Shown here: positions 11,970 through 23,953 of the stretch, piece by piece | Layout of the letters: every line of letters starts with the position of its first letter | Numbering within the stretch: position 1 is the stretch's first letter | DNA from: Takakia lepidozioides | Taxonomy: Eukaryota; Plantae; Bryophyta | Length of the DNA stretch: 64,000 bases | Assembly: GCA_030704615.1 (NCBI GenBank) | Contig: CM060732.1 | Coordinates: 53,630,001 to 53,694,000, forward strand | Direction of reading: 5' to 3' | Made by a program: the position numbers and the translations under genes | The notes under the pieces: generated by a model | What the model saw: only the letters and a program-made list of their open reading frames with translations | The model's database searches: none | What the model was told of the DNA's origin: nothing

Positions 11970-14900
11970 CTACTCTACTTTAAATCTGGTATACGGTCTG
12001 CGACTCTCCGGATTGTGGAGTATATGTGTGCTGGCACCAACCCTCTTCCCTGTTTTGCGTAAGACCTTGGGTCGCATTTTCCATGCCTCCACGAAATCCC
12101 AATTCCTTTTCAGCGACATATTGTTGTTGTCATTTACGGGACGAAAGCTCTTTGCTGCCACAGGGTGCAGCTTCCCTGCAGCACTCTTGGCGAGAATATC
12201 AACAAGCTACCCCCTACAGATACGAAGAGAAGACAACACATGTTTCTGCAGATATTTGTCGTCCCCAACAATCGAAGTATGTCTGCAAATTCTTCATCCA
12301 TGGAGGATGGTACGAGGACAGGCTCCGCATCATAGGGGAAGTCATCTGTGGAAAAGCCCTCTGTTGCATTTCCCAAATCCTCTTCGTCGCCGACACTTGC
12401 ATGAACCCTAAATACATTATGCAATCCTCCATGAATGGTTCCCAGCGCCGTGCCACAAGCGCGCACTATGAGTCCATCCTGCACGTGTGGATGAAGCAAC
12501 TTCAGGACTCGGACTTGATGCTTGCACAAATTGCCCTTCATTGCCCATGGGCAAGTGCAAGAAGCCCATTCGCATCCGGGGTTGTAAACAATGTAAATTG
12601 TGTGTTGGGTGATTGGTGCTTAGAACATAGGCTGGTTGCCCAGGATGGAACGGAAGAGTGACATTGCAAGCTGGGATATCGCGTGCCGCAAGCACAGAAC
12701 TGGACATGTACTTCTCCTGTTTGTCATTCCTTATGAATCCGTGTTCTTCAGGTGAATTGCATACTAGTAGTGTGTTAGCACACGGCCTGTGAGTTCCCAT
12801 ATGAGCCAATCCACTCTACGCCCAGTCATTTTGCCTTTCCCCATCCTCAGTCTTGCCTTCAAGTTTCCATGGTATGCCTCAATGCTAGCATTGGTGTCTT
12901 GACTGGCATGCGGAATATGGCGAGCTGCTGTACACCACATTGCTATTTTAGGACGCCATTCCTTATCAATGTAGTCCAGAAATTCGTCCCCATTCGGATA
13001 TTTCTTTCTCATGCGTCGGAGCGTTGTTGCTACCCATGCAAGACCTTCTTTGGGATTGATTGGTCCACCTCTACAGTACATGAGGACTCCCATATCTTTC
13101 AGCAAATTTGCGGTAGTGATATGATCTTTGGTTTTCGCGCATGATTGCTTTACCCAAGCCCGCCGGACATGCCAAAGGCACAGAAAAATGAGCACTCCTC
13201 GAAAAACAGCCCTGCAAAGTACACATGCCCACATGAGAGACTTCAAAGAGGACTTTGTCAGTGGACTTGGGCACTAACCCAGTAGACTGTCTAGTTGACT
13301 GGTTTGCTCGTCTGTTCCAAACGGATTCAGGCAGCAGACTCGCCCACTCTGACCTGCCATGAGTGTTGCCCTCACAACACCGGACTTGCCTGCGAGCGGA
13401 CTTGCTCAACGAGACTGAGGTTGCAGCAGACTCTTGCACGTGTGTCTTGCAGCGGACTGCTTGCGAACAGTCCCCTCCGGCGGACTCGCCTGCGAGCGGA
13501 CTTGCTCGACGAGACTGAGGTCCTTGCAGACTCTTGCACGTGTGTCTTGCAGCGGACTGCTTGCAAACAGTCCCCTCCGGCTGCCTGCCAGCGGACTTGC
13601 ACCAGACTGAGGTCGCAGCAGACTCGCGCACGTGAGTCTTGCAGCGGACTGCTTGCGAACAGTCCCCTCCGGCGGACCTGCCTGCCAGCGGACTTGCTGG
13701 ACCAGACTGAGGTCGCAGCAGATTCGCGCACGTGAGTTTTGCAGCGGACTACTTGCGAACAGTCCCCTCCGGCGGACCTGCCTGCCAGCGGACTTGCCCT
13801 TAGGAGACCGGCAACAGACTGACCCAGACGTTGCTGGCAACACACCCGAGCAGACTGACCTTGCAGCATACTTGCGCAAGTGAGTCTTCCAGCGGACTTC
13901 GCTAGAGGACATTATCAGCGGACTGGTTTGCCAGCAGACTTGCAGAAATGAATGGGCCGTACTTGCCAGGACTGCGTTGTATGGCAAGGGACTTGCCAAA
14001 GAGACAGACAATGGACGCAGACGACGGACTTGCACGCGAGTGTACAGGAGGGTACGTGAAACTTACGTAATGGCGTTTATTTCGGCGTCGGCATCGTCCA
14101 CAATGAAAGCATTGGGTCGCCAGTCCGACATTTCTGCGAGGAGAGAGTCTTGGAAGGCTGCCATCCACGGCACCAGGTCTGTTGTCCGCTCACGGACGCA
14201 TATGATGTACGCAACTAGTATACCGTTAAGCCACTCGTCGAAGACCATCAACGTGTACAATGGGAACTGTTCAAATACAGAATGTCAGATGCTGCCAGTG
14301 TGCGTACATCCACTACTTCTGCAAGTGGATAAATTGTGAAAGGGATGAAGAGTACCTTGTGGTGATTTGTCCCGAAGGTTGCATCGTATGCAACGATACG
14401 GGCATGGCCTAATTGAAGCATTCGCTTCTTCTGCCACTCAGTCTGTATGCCGATTGTGAATGTTAAGTCGCCATCGTAGTGCTTGAATGTTGGCGCTAAT
14501 TTCTCCTCTTGATAGAAGAAGACCGATTTCGGGTTCTGGTCTTTCCACATGCGGACACTCTCCGCATCGTTGGCATGTTTTTTGAACGTTTGCCACGCCC
14601 GTTTCTCGGCCAGGTTGCGCACATCCTGCTCCAGCAAAAAATCGTCCCGTGTCCATGCATCCCCCAACCCGGTGTTGTTCATGACGCGCTCTTTATGTTC
14701 CACCATGATTTGGGCAATTGACAGGCCTCGGCACAGACACTCCATGACCCATGCTTTCAATTCCTCGCTAATGTGTGGTGCATAAGCGTGGCGAGTGTTC
14801 CTGAACTCAACGGACTTCCCATGACAGACGTTCCCTTTCGCGTCTGTATGCTCCATATTGTTGTAGTACGTGAGGACACAAATGTCGGGGGCGAGATAGC

Positions 14901-15532
14901 GTTGCTGGACCTTGAAACAACACTGACAACCATGCTTGTAAGACTCTCCATATTCCGACTTCTTTCTTCTTGGGCCTTTATGAGGGTGAGATATTCCAGC
15001 ACCCACAAGAGGTCCTCCACGTTTCAGTTTGGGATCCTCCACTATCGCATTGTTGGTGCGCTTGTCATCTGGACCGTAGCAGCATTGATACCTGGACATA
15101 AAAATCACAATGGATATCCATCGACTTCTGGAAGCATGAAATCACGAAAAATGGCAACAGACATGCAATCAGACTACAAAAGGACGATGAGGATGGAGCA
15201 CACATGATACTGTTCAGAGAACTGCTGGCTCTCGGCTTTTTTAGCATGCCGGGTTGCACTTTAGTACGGACATTCACCCAAAACTGAGTAGGGTAGTCCA
15301 CCAAACTCTCCTCTCCAAGGAGAAAGTCATCAACTCTATCCCACGGTATGCAGGCCTTCAGAACATTCTGTCTGGCACCCATATAACCATATTGCGTGTC
15401 TCTCTTCCATTCGGAGGTCCTTGTGTTGAAGGGTCCTGGTTTGGGTGTTTGCAAACTTTGCAAGAGTCGAAGAGGCCGTATAATCCAGCATCCCGTTTTT
15501 AGTATATCATCACCTTCTGCTTCCACGTCCAT
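11970..15532 (-). pseudogene. MULE (MuDRA-type DDE) transposase with SWIM zinc finger; 3' part disrupted
   Basis: Exons 15532-15204, 15091-14356, 14266-14067 and 13211-~11970 with GT-AG junctions. Motifs YDATFGTN (D1), FIVDDADAE (D2), CLWHVRRAW (CxxH), TNASIEAYH (E), GNLCKH (SWIM). Stop at 12764-12766 plus downstream frameshifts. Confidence 0.92.
13381..13798. repeat. Tandem array of ~4.2 copies of a 100-bp unit in transposase intron 3
   Basis: Units start at 13381, 13481, 13581 (92 bp) and 13673, each ending AACAGTCCCCTCCGG, plus a partial unit at 13773. Confidence 0.93.
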
Positions 15533-15818
15533 GCCCTGTACAGTACGAGGACACGCTTCAAAACCTGCAAGAAACGCGCCGCAGTACACTGGACACGATG
15601 GACAACATGCAAGGAGCATCAGTGCACACGTTCGCGGCTGCTGGCAAGTGGCAGGCGGCTTTGAATTCATGCCCTAAAAATGGAGGGCTCAGATGGCATT
15701 TGCGAACGGACGGTCCAGATGCGGCATCATCAGTGGACTGGAGGAAAGCGGACTCATGGGCGGCGGACTGGCGGGCAGACTGTTGGGTGGACTGGCCGGG
15801 ACTGGCACAACGGACTGG

Positions 15819-16204
15819 CATGGATGGCGCGGATGGGTTTCTCAGAATGGACGATCCAGATCCTTCGACCAGCGCGGACTGGCATATTGACAAACTGGGG
15901 GGCAGCAGACGGGCAGAGCGGACTGTTGGGTGGATTTGCGGGGACTGGCATAGCGGACTGGCGGCAGACTGGTGGTTTGGCGAACTGGGAACTGGACTCA
16001 CGGGCAGCGGACTGGCGGGCGGACTGGCCGCGCCGGACTGGGGGCGGGGCTGCCGCGGGCGCGGCTGGTGGGCCGCGGCAGCAGGTGGGCGACCGCGCGG
16101 AGAGGGGGGGGGGTCCGGGTGGGGGGAGCCAGGCGTACGTGCGCGGGGCCCCCGGTCAGCTCGCGTGTGCGCCATAACGTCCCAATTATTGTAAAATGAG
16201 AGGC
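15819..16204 (-). repeat. Right TIR of the MULE (~390 bp)
   Basis: Reverse-complement match to 4053-4472 with scattered substitutions and small indels. Confidence 0.93.
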
Positions 16205-18099
16205 GGCTGAAAGCTACAAAGCCCTTCCACATAACCAATAATCAATGCCTCACTCAGATCGCCAAGTAATCTGGGGATAACGCAAAGGGATTAAAACACT
16301 ACAAGGGGTAAGTAATCCAGGGGGTGGTAACCCCATTGTAAGCCTCCACGGCCTCTAGGTGGTTATTTTTTCACCTCCTGAAATACAATTCGAGATCTGA
16401 TCATCTGATCCCCCTTCAAAAAGAAAAAGAAAAAATGGTATTCACAGAAGTTTCAAACACAAGACAGAAGGTCAAATAATTATCTAAGATGAAAGAGTAC
16501 ATCAATGAAGCATGCAACAAGATCTCAATGCGAACTTTGCAGGTGAATATCAACAGAGTATCAATATCTCTGAGTATTGCTCTTGACCCACAGGAACATT
16601 CAGGTAACAGTGATGTAATATATTACTATCTTAGGGATCAAAGTAAATGATGTAGAAATTAGATGTGGAGAAATGTAGAAATTGATGTGGAGATGTACTT
16701 CATCTCATTTGATCGGGCTCTTTGCCTTGTGAGCCTCCACACCAAGGATGAGAGGGAGACGAGATTCTTGTTGTACTGGATTTCACCATGGCAATCCAGC
16801 AAGTGACTCCACACTGCAGCAACTTGCTCTCCACCATCATTGTGATATGATGAGCGTGATGCAATCACTTGAGGGTGAGAAGAGGAGGGTGGTGGCTGCT
16901 TGTATGAAGAGACAAGCTTTTCAGAAAGGATGTTCCCACAACGCACAGGGCTAAGCTAGGAACCTTCAAGTTCTGCTGTAGAGCTCAGCATCTTCTTGCC
17001 CAATTGGTCGCTTGAAAAAAAATTTAGTTGTTTCCATACTTGGTCCAACCTCCAAACTTCCAAACTATCTTTGTCCCTATAATTTTCTCGGTCTTGGTCC
17101 GTAGTGTAAAGCTAGACGGGAATGCGCCATTCTTTCTTGGGCAATTGGTCCTTAGTGAGAAGCGCCCATTATGGACTCACTATGGTGTGGATATCTGGTC
17201 TAAACTATGGTACAATGGCACATTGTGAATGAATTATGAGGGAGGTTTTGTTGGGTTGGGGATGTTCCGAATCCTACCAAGTTTTGCATCATCTGCACTT
17301 TTGAGACACAGATTGTGCAGGCGTTCCCTTTGCCACACAAAATTCAAAATTTTCGATGAAGCTCGGTCATAAGCATACACTGGGGGATCTTGAGCTTGTG
17401 TGGTATACAACCCAAGATGGCAGTGTGCTCCTCTGGTCTACTGAGCGCACAACTAGACGACATATGCAACGCCGCGTCTAGAGAGCCATGCATCAGATTA
17501 ATGGGTCGGGATGTAGAGCTGAAACAGCCGTTAAAACTGAAGCTGTCAAAGATGCCATGGAAAGGTAATGACATCTCTTTTCAGGGTTGCTGATTGTGTA
17601 TCTCAGCCGAAACTACATCTAGTTTGGGCGAAGAAGTACACAAGATGGTAATACAAGGGCTCTACAGGCATATTTCTATAATCGATACACTTGTCCTCTT
17701 GAAATATCTAGTATACGTTTGTCTTCACAAATAGAGAATGTGTTCCTGACCTCCAGAGAAAGAGAGGTTCTTCTTTAGTCAGTAGCTTGCTGTCACAGCC
17801 CCTGTGGGATTCGCGATTGCTGCCAGATTTCCAGATGAAGAGTCCGTGAGAGCAAGGCGATGAACTTTCGTCCACGAGAAAAGAGTCTGCTAAAAGAAGG
17901 CCTTATAGAAGCTGAGTGTGGCTCGTAGCGAGCCTGGTATGAAGGGCACCCTTGTCCTTCACAATATTCTTAAGCATTAATTTTGGGAATAATGTTGGAA
18001 TATGCATTCTAGCACTCCTTAGTAAAGATTAAAATGACAGGGGGTGCTGCACAGTTTTGAACTTCTTGGAGTTGGTGGCAGGCAGGTCACCATTGGAGC

Positions 18100-18620
18100 A
18101 TGGAACAGCAGCGGCAGAAGTTCCTATGGCGTTCCAACAGGCTTGACATGGTATGGCTTTGTTGTTGTTGTTGTGAATTATTTTGTATGAAAACTTCCCT
18201 GAATTTGTTTCCAGTCTGTGACATGGGAGAGGCCATCATGGATGACCTCAAGGGATTACCCACCCTCGGCACTAGACTGAAATTTAAACTCAGGGCGGGA
18301 AGCCTACCTTTGAACAGCAAACAGATGCAGAGAGGAAAGAGGAATTGCAATTGACTGTTGTTTGGGCAACCTGAAGACAATATTCGTTTTCTGGTTCATT
18401 GTCCAGGGTACTCTCATGAGAGAGACCCCCTGTTCAAATCCATCAAGGGAATTGTGCCTTGTTTACCAACTTTGAGAGTCTCGAGGCTGAGCCAATAGCC
18501 CAGGCCCTTTTGGGACCTCGTTATTGGGCAAACCACACACAGCAGATTGATGCTTGTGTGAAGGGATTTCTAGAGGATATCTGGAAAACTTGGATTAATA
18601 GTCTGCTCCAAGGTAAGTCA
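18100..18620 (+). mobile_element. LINE ORF2 C-terminal remnant
   Basis: TRLKFKLRAGSLPLN..RNCN*..PEDNIRFLVHCPGY, a degenerate CCHC-type tail of non-LTR retroelements. Confidence 0.55.
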
Positions 18621-19485
18621 TACTACCGGCGTCAGCCCCTGACAAAGGTAGTTTCTGTCCCTTTGTGTTCCGCTCAAACTGAGCCTGGGGTCAATGGCTA
18701 CAAGCCTACGGCAAACAACGTCTTGTCAGTACATTCTCTCTCTTTTGCGCCCCATTTATCCTAAACACTGACTGGCAGTGCAACTGCATGCATGTATTGC
18801 AGTTGTTGCAAGCGCGATGGTAGAGGAGCAGTGCTGGATGGTCTGTAGTATGAGGCAATGCCAGAGCATTAGTCATCCCTAAATTCCCTATTACAGGGTT
18901 TTCATTGGCTTGTCCAAAGTGCTATATGGGCAGTCTGAAGTCTACCGGTTGTCTGAGACCCAACTCGCTGAGGGGCCTTCTTCTGCAGGTACTAAGCCTT
19001 GCAATGTCATATGGCAAAGGTCAATTACTGCATACTCTTTTAGCACCCAATTTGAAGTGCAACCATTCATATCTAAGGTGGAGGGTGAGTGTAGCAGTGT
19101 AAATACGCACTTAGTGCTTTCTAACATGATGTCTATGCCAGCCCTCGAGTCAAAACTCAATCCCTGGTAAGGGGACCGTTTTTTTGGCTGTGAGCAGTAT
19201 GAGAAGTTTGGCCTGCTTTTGCATATCTTGCTGGGTTGAAATCCATGACCCAGCCTGGAAGCCTTAGTATGGCATGGGGATTAGTCTGGCAAGGGTGGCT
19301 GTAGCCAAGGTTTGGAAGGACATTTTTTCTCTGACACACACACACAAACTCACGTTTCTAGTCTTGCCACAACTCAGTAGGGGTGGAATGCTTACTAAGA
19401 GATTTTTGGGTTGTCCTTGCTAGCTACTTGTAACGAGGGGGATCGGTCCGCTTTTGCTGTGGAGACAGGAATACCTGAAGGAGGC

Positions 19486-21621
19486 ATGCATGGAGTGTGG
19501 GTGCAGATCAATTCTAGAGGTCCAGATTTCAAGCTCAAGGATACCAATGGGGTAGTGTGGATTGATAGCTACAAGAAACCTGCATGGGTGGATGATCAAC
19601 AGGAAGTGCATGCAGCACATTTGTTTCAATTTGGCAGATCTACCCTGACCACTGACGCTCGAAGAGGACCAAGGGCGGGAGTCCACAAGAGCTCTTCAGG
19701 CACTCATGGGGATGTGAGGTCACTTTGTAAGGAAGGACAACTGAAAGAGGCGCTGCACATTTTGAACCAAAGAGGCATTACAGCGGACTCTGATACTTAC
19801 ATCTGTCTCTTGAAAGAGTGCATAAAGATGAAAGGCCTAGCAGAGGGAAAGCAGGTGCACACCCATATTATACAAAGTGGATTCAAGCCAAATATATTTC
19901 TACACAACACCCTCATCAACATGTATGTCAAGTGTGGGAGTCTGGTGGATGCTTGCCTGGTATTCGACCAAATGCTTGAACGAGATGTTTCCACATGGAC
20001 GACGATCATGGCAGGATACGCCAAGCATGGGTGTGCTAGGGAGGCTTTGGAGATCTACAAGAGAATGCTATGGGAAGGGGTTGTGCCTGATAGTGTCACC
20101 TTCGTTTGTGTTCTCAATGCGTGTGCCAGCCTGACAGCACTGGAAAAGGGCAGAGAGGTCCATGCTGACATCATCAAAGCTGGAATTAGGCCAAATATCA
20201 TTCTGGAGACTGCCCTTGTGGACATGTATGCCAATTGTGGGAACATGAAGGATGCCCGTCAAGTGTTTGAGAGTATGGCCAAACGAAACGTGGTCTCATG
20301 GAATGCAATAATCACAGGATATGCTCAGCATAGGTGTCTTACAGAGGCCCTGCATCTATTTGAACGAATGAAACAGGAAGACTTGAAACCAAATGTGGTC
20401 TCATGGAGTGCAATGATTGCAGGATATGCCAAGGATGGGTGTGGCCGGGAGGCTTTGGAGACCTATGAGCAAATGATACAGGAAGGGGTGACACCCAACC
20501 AGGTCACCTTCGTTTGTGTTCTCAATGCGTGTGCGAGCCTGACAGCACTGGAAAAGGGCAGAGAGGTCCATGCTGACATCATCATAGCTGGAATTAGGCC
20601 AAATATCATTCTGGAGACTGCCCTTGTTGACATGTATGCCAGATGTGGAAATAGAAAGGATGCACGTCGAGTTTTTGGCAATATGGGTGAGCGAGATGTG
20701 GTGTCATGGAATGTGATGATCGCAGGATATGCTCAGCATGGGTGTGGTTGGGAGGCCTTGCAACTATTTGAACAAATGCAACAGGAAGGCTTGAAGCCAA
20801 ATAGTATTTCCTTTACATGTCTTCTCTCTGCATGTAGCCATGTGGGCCTTGTGGATGAAGCCTGTCACTACTTTAACTCCATGATTCAAGATCATGACGT
20901 CACTCCTATCGTGGAGCATTTTGGCTGCATGGTGGACCTTCTTGGCCGTGCAGGGCAACTGGATGAGGCAGAGGACTTCATTGACAAAATGCCAATTGAA
21001 CCAGCTGCGTCGACGTGGGGGGCCTTGCTTGCTGCCTGCAGTATTCATGGCAATGTAGAGGTGGCAGAACGTGCTGCAAAATGCCTTCTTGAGTGGGATC
21101 CACAGCACGCAGCCACTTATGTGTTGTTATCAAACACCTATGCTGCAGCTGGTAGGTGGAATGATACTGCCAAGGTGAGAAAAATGATGAAGAACAGAGG
21201 AGTCTGAAAGGAGCCAGGTCACTGCTGCATTGAAGTCAACAACCATGTGCATACATTCACTGTGGATGACAAGTTGCATCCCCAAGTTGAGGTAATCCAT
21301 ACTGAGCTGAAGAGATTGTCAAGGCAGATGAAGGAGTCTGGATACTTGCCTGACACGCGGTTTGTAATGCATGATGTGGAGGAGGAGAAAAAGGAATTTT
21401 CTCTTTGCTACCACAGTGAGAGGCTGGCCATTGCTTTTGGGCTCATTAGTACACCCCCTAGGATAGCTCTTCGAGTCATCAAGAACCTTCGGGTTTGTGG
21501 TGACTGCCACACGGCCACCAAGTTCATCTCAAAGATTACTGGGCGAGTAATTGTCGTACGGGATGCTAACCGCTTTCACCACGTCCAAGATGGCAGTTGT
21601 TCTTGTGGGGATTACTGGTGA
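19486..21621 (+). CDS. PLS-class PPR protein with E1-E2-DYW (PG-type) deaminase domain, interrupted by one in-frame TGA at 21205-21207
   Basis: Intronless L-S-P-L-S-P-P-L-S-P2-L2-S2-E1-E2 array, then [24 protein letters not shown] and terminal SCSCGDYW in the same frame. The start codon is uncertain. Confidence 0.93.
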
Positions 21622-21869
21622 ATGAGCAACATATTTGAAAGAAAGTGTGCCACTTTAGACATGAAAGGGGAAGTTGATGGATGATTTGTCATATTTTGGT
21701 ATGGAGATAGTCTTGGTAGCTTGGTAGCTTGGTAGAGCTTGCTGGTGGTACAAAATCTTGTGATTTGCTACTATTTGCAACATTATGCGGCAACAAGTGT
21801 ACATAACTTTGAATCACAGACCTGAACATCAAGGTGACCAATTATAATGTGAAGCCAGAAGGGCGAGAA

Positions 21870-23440
21870 ACAGTCATGGATGATTGCGCGGACCCTCCGA
21901 CTTTTGCTCAAAGACTTGGACTTACGAGAGTCGCGTAAGATGCCCACATACGCATCCCATTGAGGGTCAATGATCACATGCTCCAGACCTGCCTTTACAG
22001 TCACCAGTCGATCCACCATCAAAAAGTTTGTGGCAAAGCGGGTTTCACCCGGGTTCCTAAGGCTGTATTTGGGTTCATGACATCTTGAAAATTTCATCAT
22101 TTTATTGTGCTGTGCCAACTCAAAGCTGCTTAAAGTTGAATCTTGAGACAATTCTCTGAAGGCGTATGAATAAAATACAATGCTTGAACTCATATGATGA
22201 CATAAGAGCTGTCGATTTTCAGTTGTGGAATTTGGAGTTTTCACCTGCTCCACTCATATGATGTACAGGTATGGCCACCATTCTCATTTCAGCGACGATA
22301 TTCAGTCCCACCCCCGGCAGAGCTGCTAGAGCAATCCATGGTGAAGATCTTGGTTTCTAGGACCTGCCGTTAGATCCCGGGGAGACATGTCCAATGCTAT
22401 GAACTGGCTGACTCTACAGTTGGTGGTGGAAAGCAGCGCCGAGCACAAAAATGTGTCGTCTCCTCCCATGATCGGCATTGGAATATTTTTTTACAATTGG
22501 CTTTGATAGGTGGGTTGGTAAGTGTGTCCCAGCACACCATTAACTTTTTTCGGACAAGTTGAAGAATGAACTGCAGGTTCAGATGAGCAAAGCAGTCATC
22601 GGGTGTGATCTCGTACTTGTGCACCTTGAGCGTTGTCCTTCTCTGTAATCGGAACCACTTGTACACATACTGACATCACTCCATCAATCTTTATCTGGAT
22701 TGCATTCCTGGTATCTGTTTCGCTGCATACTTACCTCTTCTGATTTTGATATCCACCTGCAACCCAAGTAATTGCTGTCACTTTTTTTTTTCAGCGCCAA
22801 AGACACAAATTTAAGTACAATCCCAGTAGCTATGAGTATTGCAATTCCACATTGTTGATGGCACCGGTGAAGCTTCACTAGTCAGCTTCAAGCTCTTTCA
22901 AAAACCAACTGAGAGACACGAATTATACGTTCGGATCCCTGTGAACATGCCGTAGAAAAAGGTATCCAGGACTAAGTGAAGGCGAAGTGGCTCTTAGTTA
23001 CGCCGGTCAGTGGACCGGAGTATTCTCTCTCTTCAGCACTGAGGTCTTCGTATAGTGAGATGGATGCTATTTTAAAGATTACACTGACTCCAGAACCAGC
23101 GGGGTTTACTGATCTCTACAAATTACTTTCGTTATTTTGAGAGATTGCTCGCGTAAAGTTTGGGATTTCAAAAATCCCAGGAGGCTGCCTACATAACTGA
23201 TACCCATCGAATCCGGCTTGTGAAAGTGCTGGAAATGTTAGAGTTGTCACTTAGATATACAATGCTTACAGTAACATCGTGACAATGCTTCTTCTATGTA
23301 CACCTACAATGTGAATACGCGTCGTCGGCGAGGATGCTAACCGTGCAAAGACTGTTATAGGAAGTACCAGAGGAGCCTCTCAATGTGGTGCATCTAGTGC
23401 GTGCCGCCTGGGGGTGGTTGTACCTTGTCTATTTCCCCTT
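21870..23440 (-). mobile_element. Decayed hAT transposase (DUF659-type)
   Basis: LRNPGETRFATNFLMVDRL..LEHVIIDPQWDAY, with upstream FFYG and TRIHIVG fragments; many stops and frameshifts. Confidence 0.7.
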
Positions 23441-23953
23441 ACCATCAAGCAAGTTGGGATGTTTTTAGCAGCTGACTCTAGGGTCAGACAAGTGGTTTAA
23501 AATGGATATTTGGAATCCAGCTTCGCAGCTCCCCAGGTGATAGTGTGATGTATTTGACTGGAGTTGTAAAGCATGAGAATCCAAACGTGAAGACCAACAA
23601 GTGTAGTAACTGACCTGCAGCAGCAGCAGCATGCAGAGCAGCACTAGCACTACCACCACCTGCACAAGTTCAATGTGAGTCAAGCGCTACTCTCTGATTA
23701 CTCCGCCATCTCCGCAGCACGACTCCGCCATATCCGACTGTCTGTATATATATTACAGCCGTCTACAGCTCTCCCTCGGAATGTCGTACTCTGTACTCTC
23801 TGTTATTGAACAACTTACGAGAATCAATGGACATTTTCAAGTGTATTATGGATGAAAGTAGATTACAGAAAGAGGAGCCATACGCAACTAGCCGCTTGTT
23901 GAGATGGAGGCATGCATATAATGTTTATGCCCTATTCTGATTGTCACTCTCAG

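Larger units (their letters stand above)
4053..16204. mobile_element. Full-length Mutator-like element (MULE) carrying a transposase and a Ulp1-protease gene
   Basis: Termini GCCTCTCATTTTACAATAATTGGGACGTTATGGCGCAC.. and its reverse complement; perfect 9-bp TSD GGCTGAAAG at 4044-4052 and 16205-16213; internal MULE DDE transposase. Confidence 0.97.

Noticed and set aside
13381-13798. CRISPR-like regular repeat
   Set aside because: No unique spacers; whole units are duplicated and the context is a eukaryotic intron.
13071-14035. Several 146-209 aa ORFs with repeated peptides on both strands
   Set aside because: By-products of the 100-bp intronic tandem array.
21205-21207. U-to-C RNA editing as a way to remove the PPR stop
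   Set aside because: Reverse editing is established for organellar transcripts, not nuclear mRNA.
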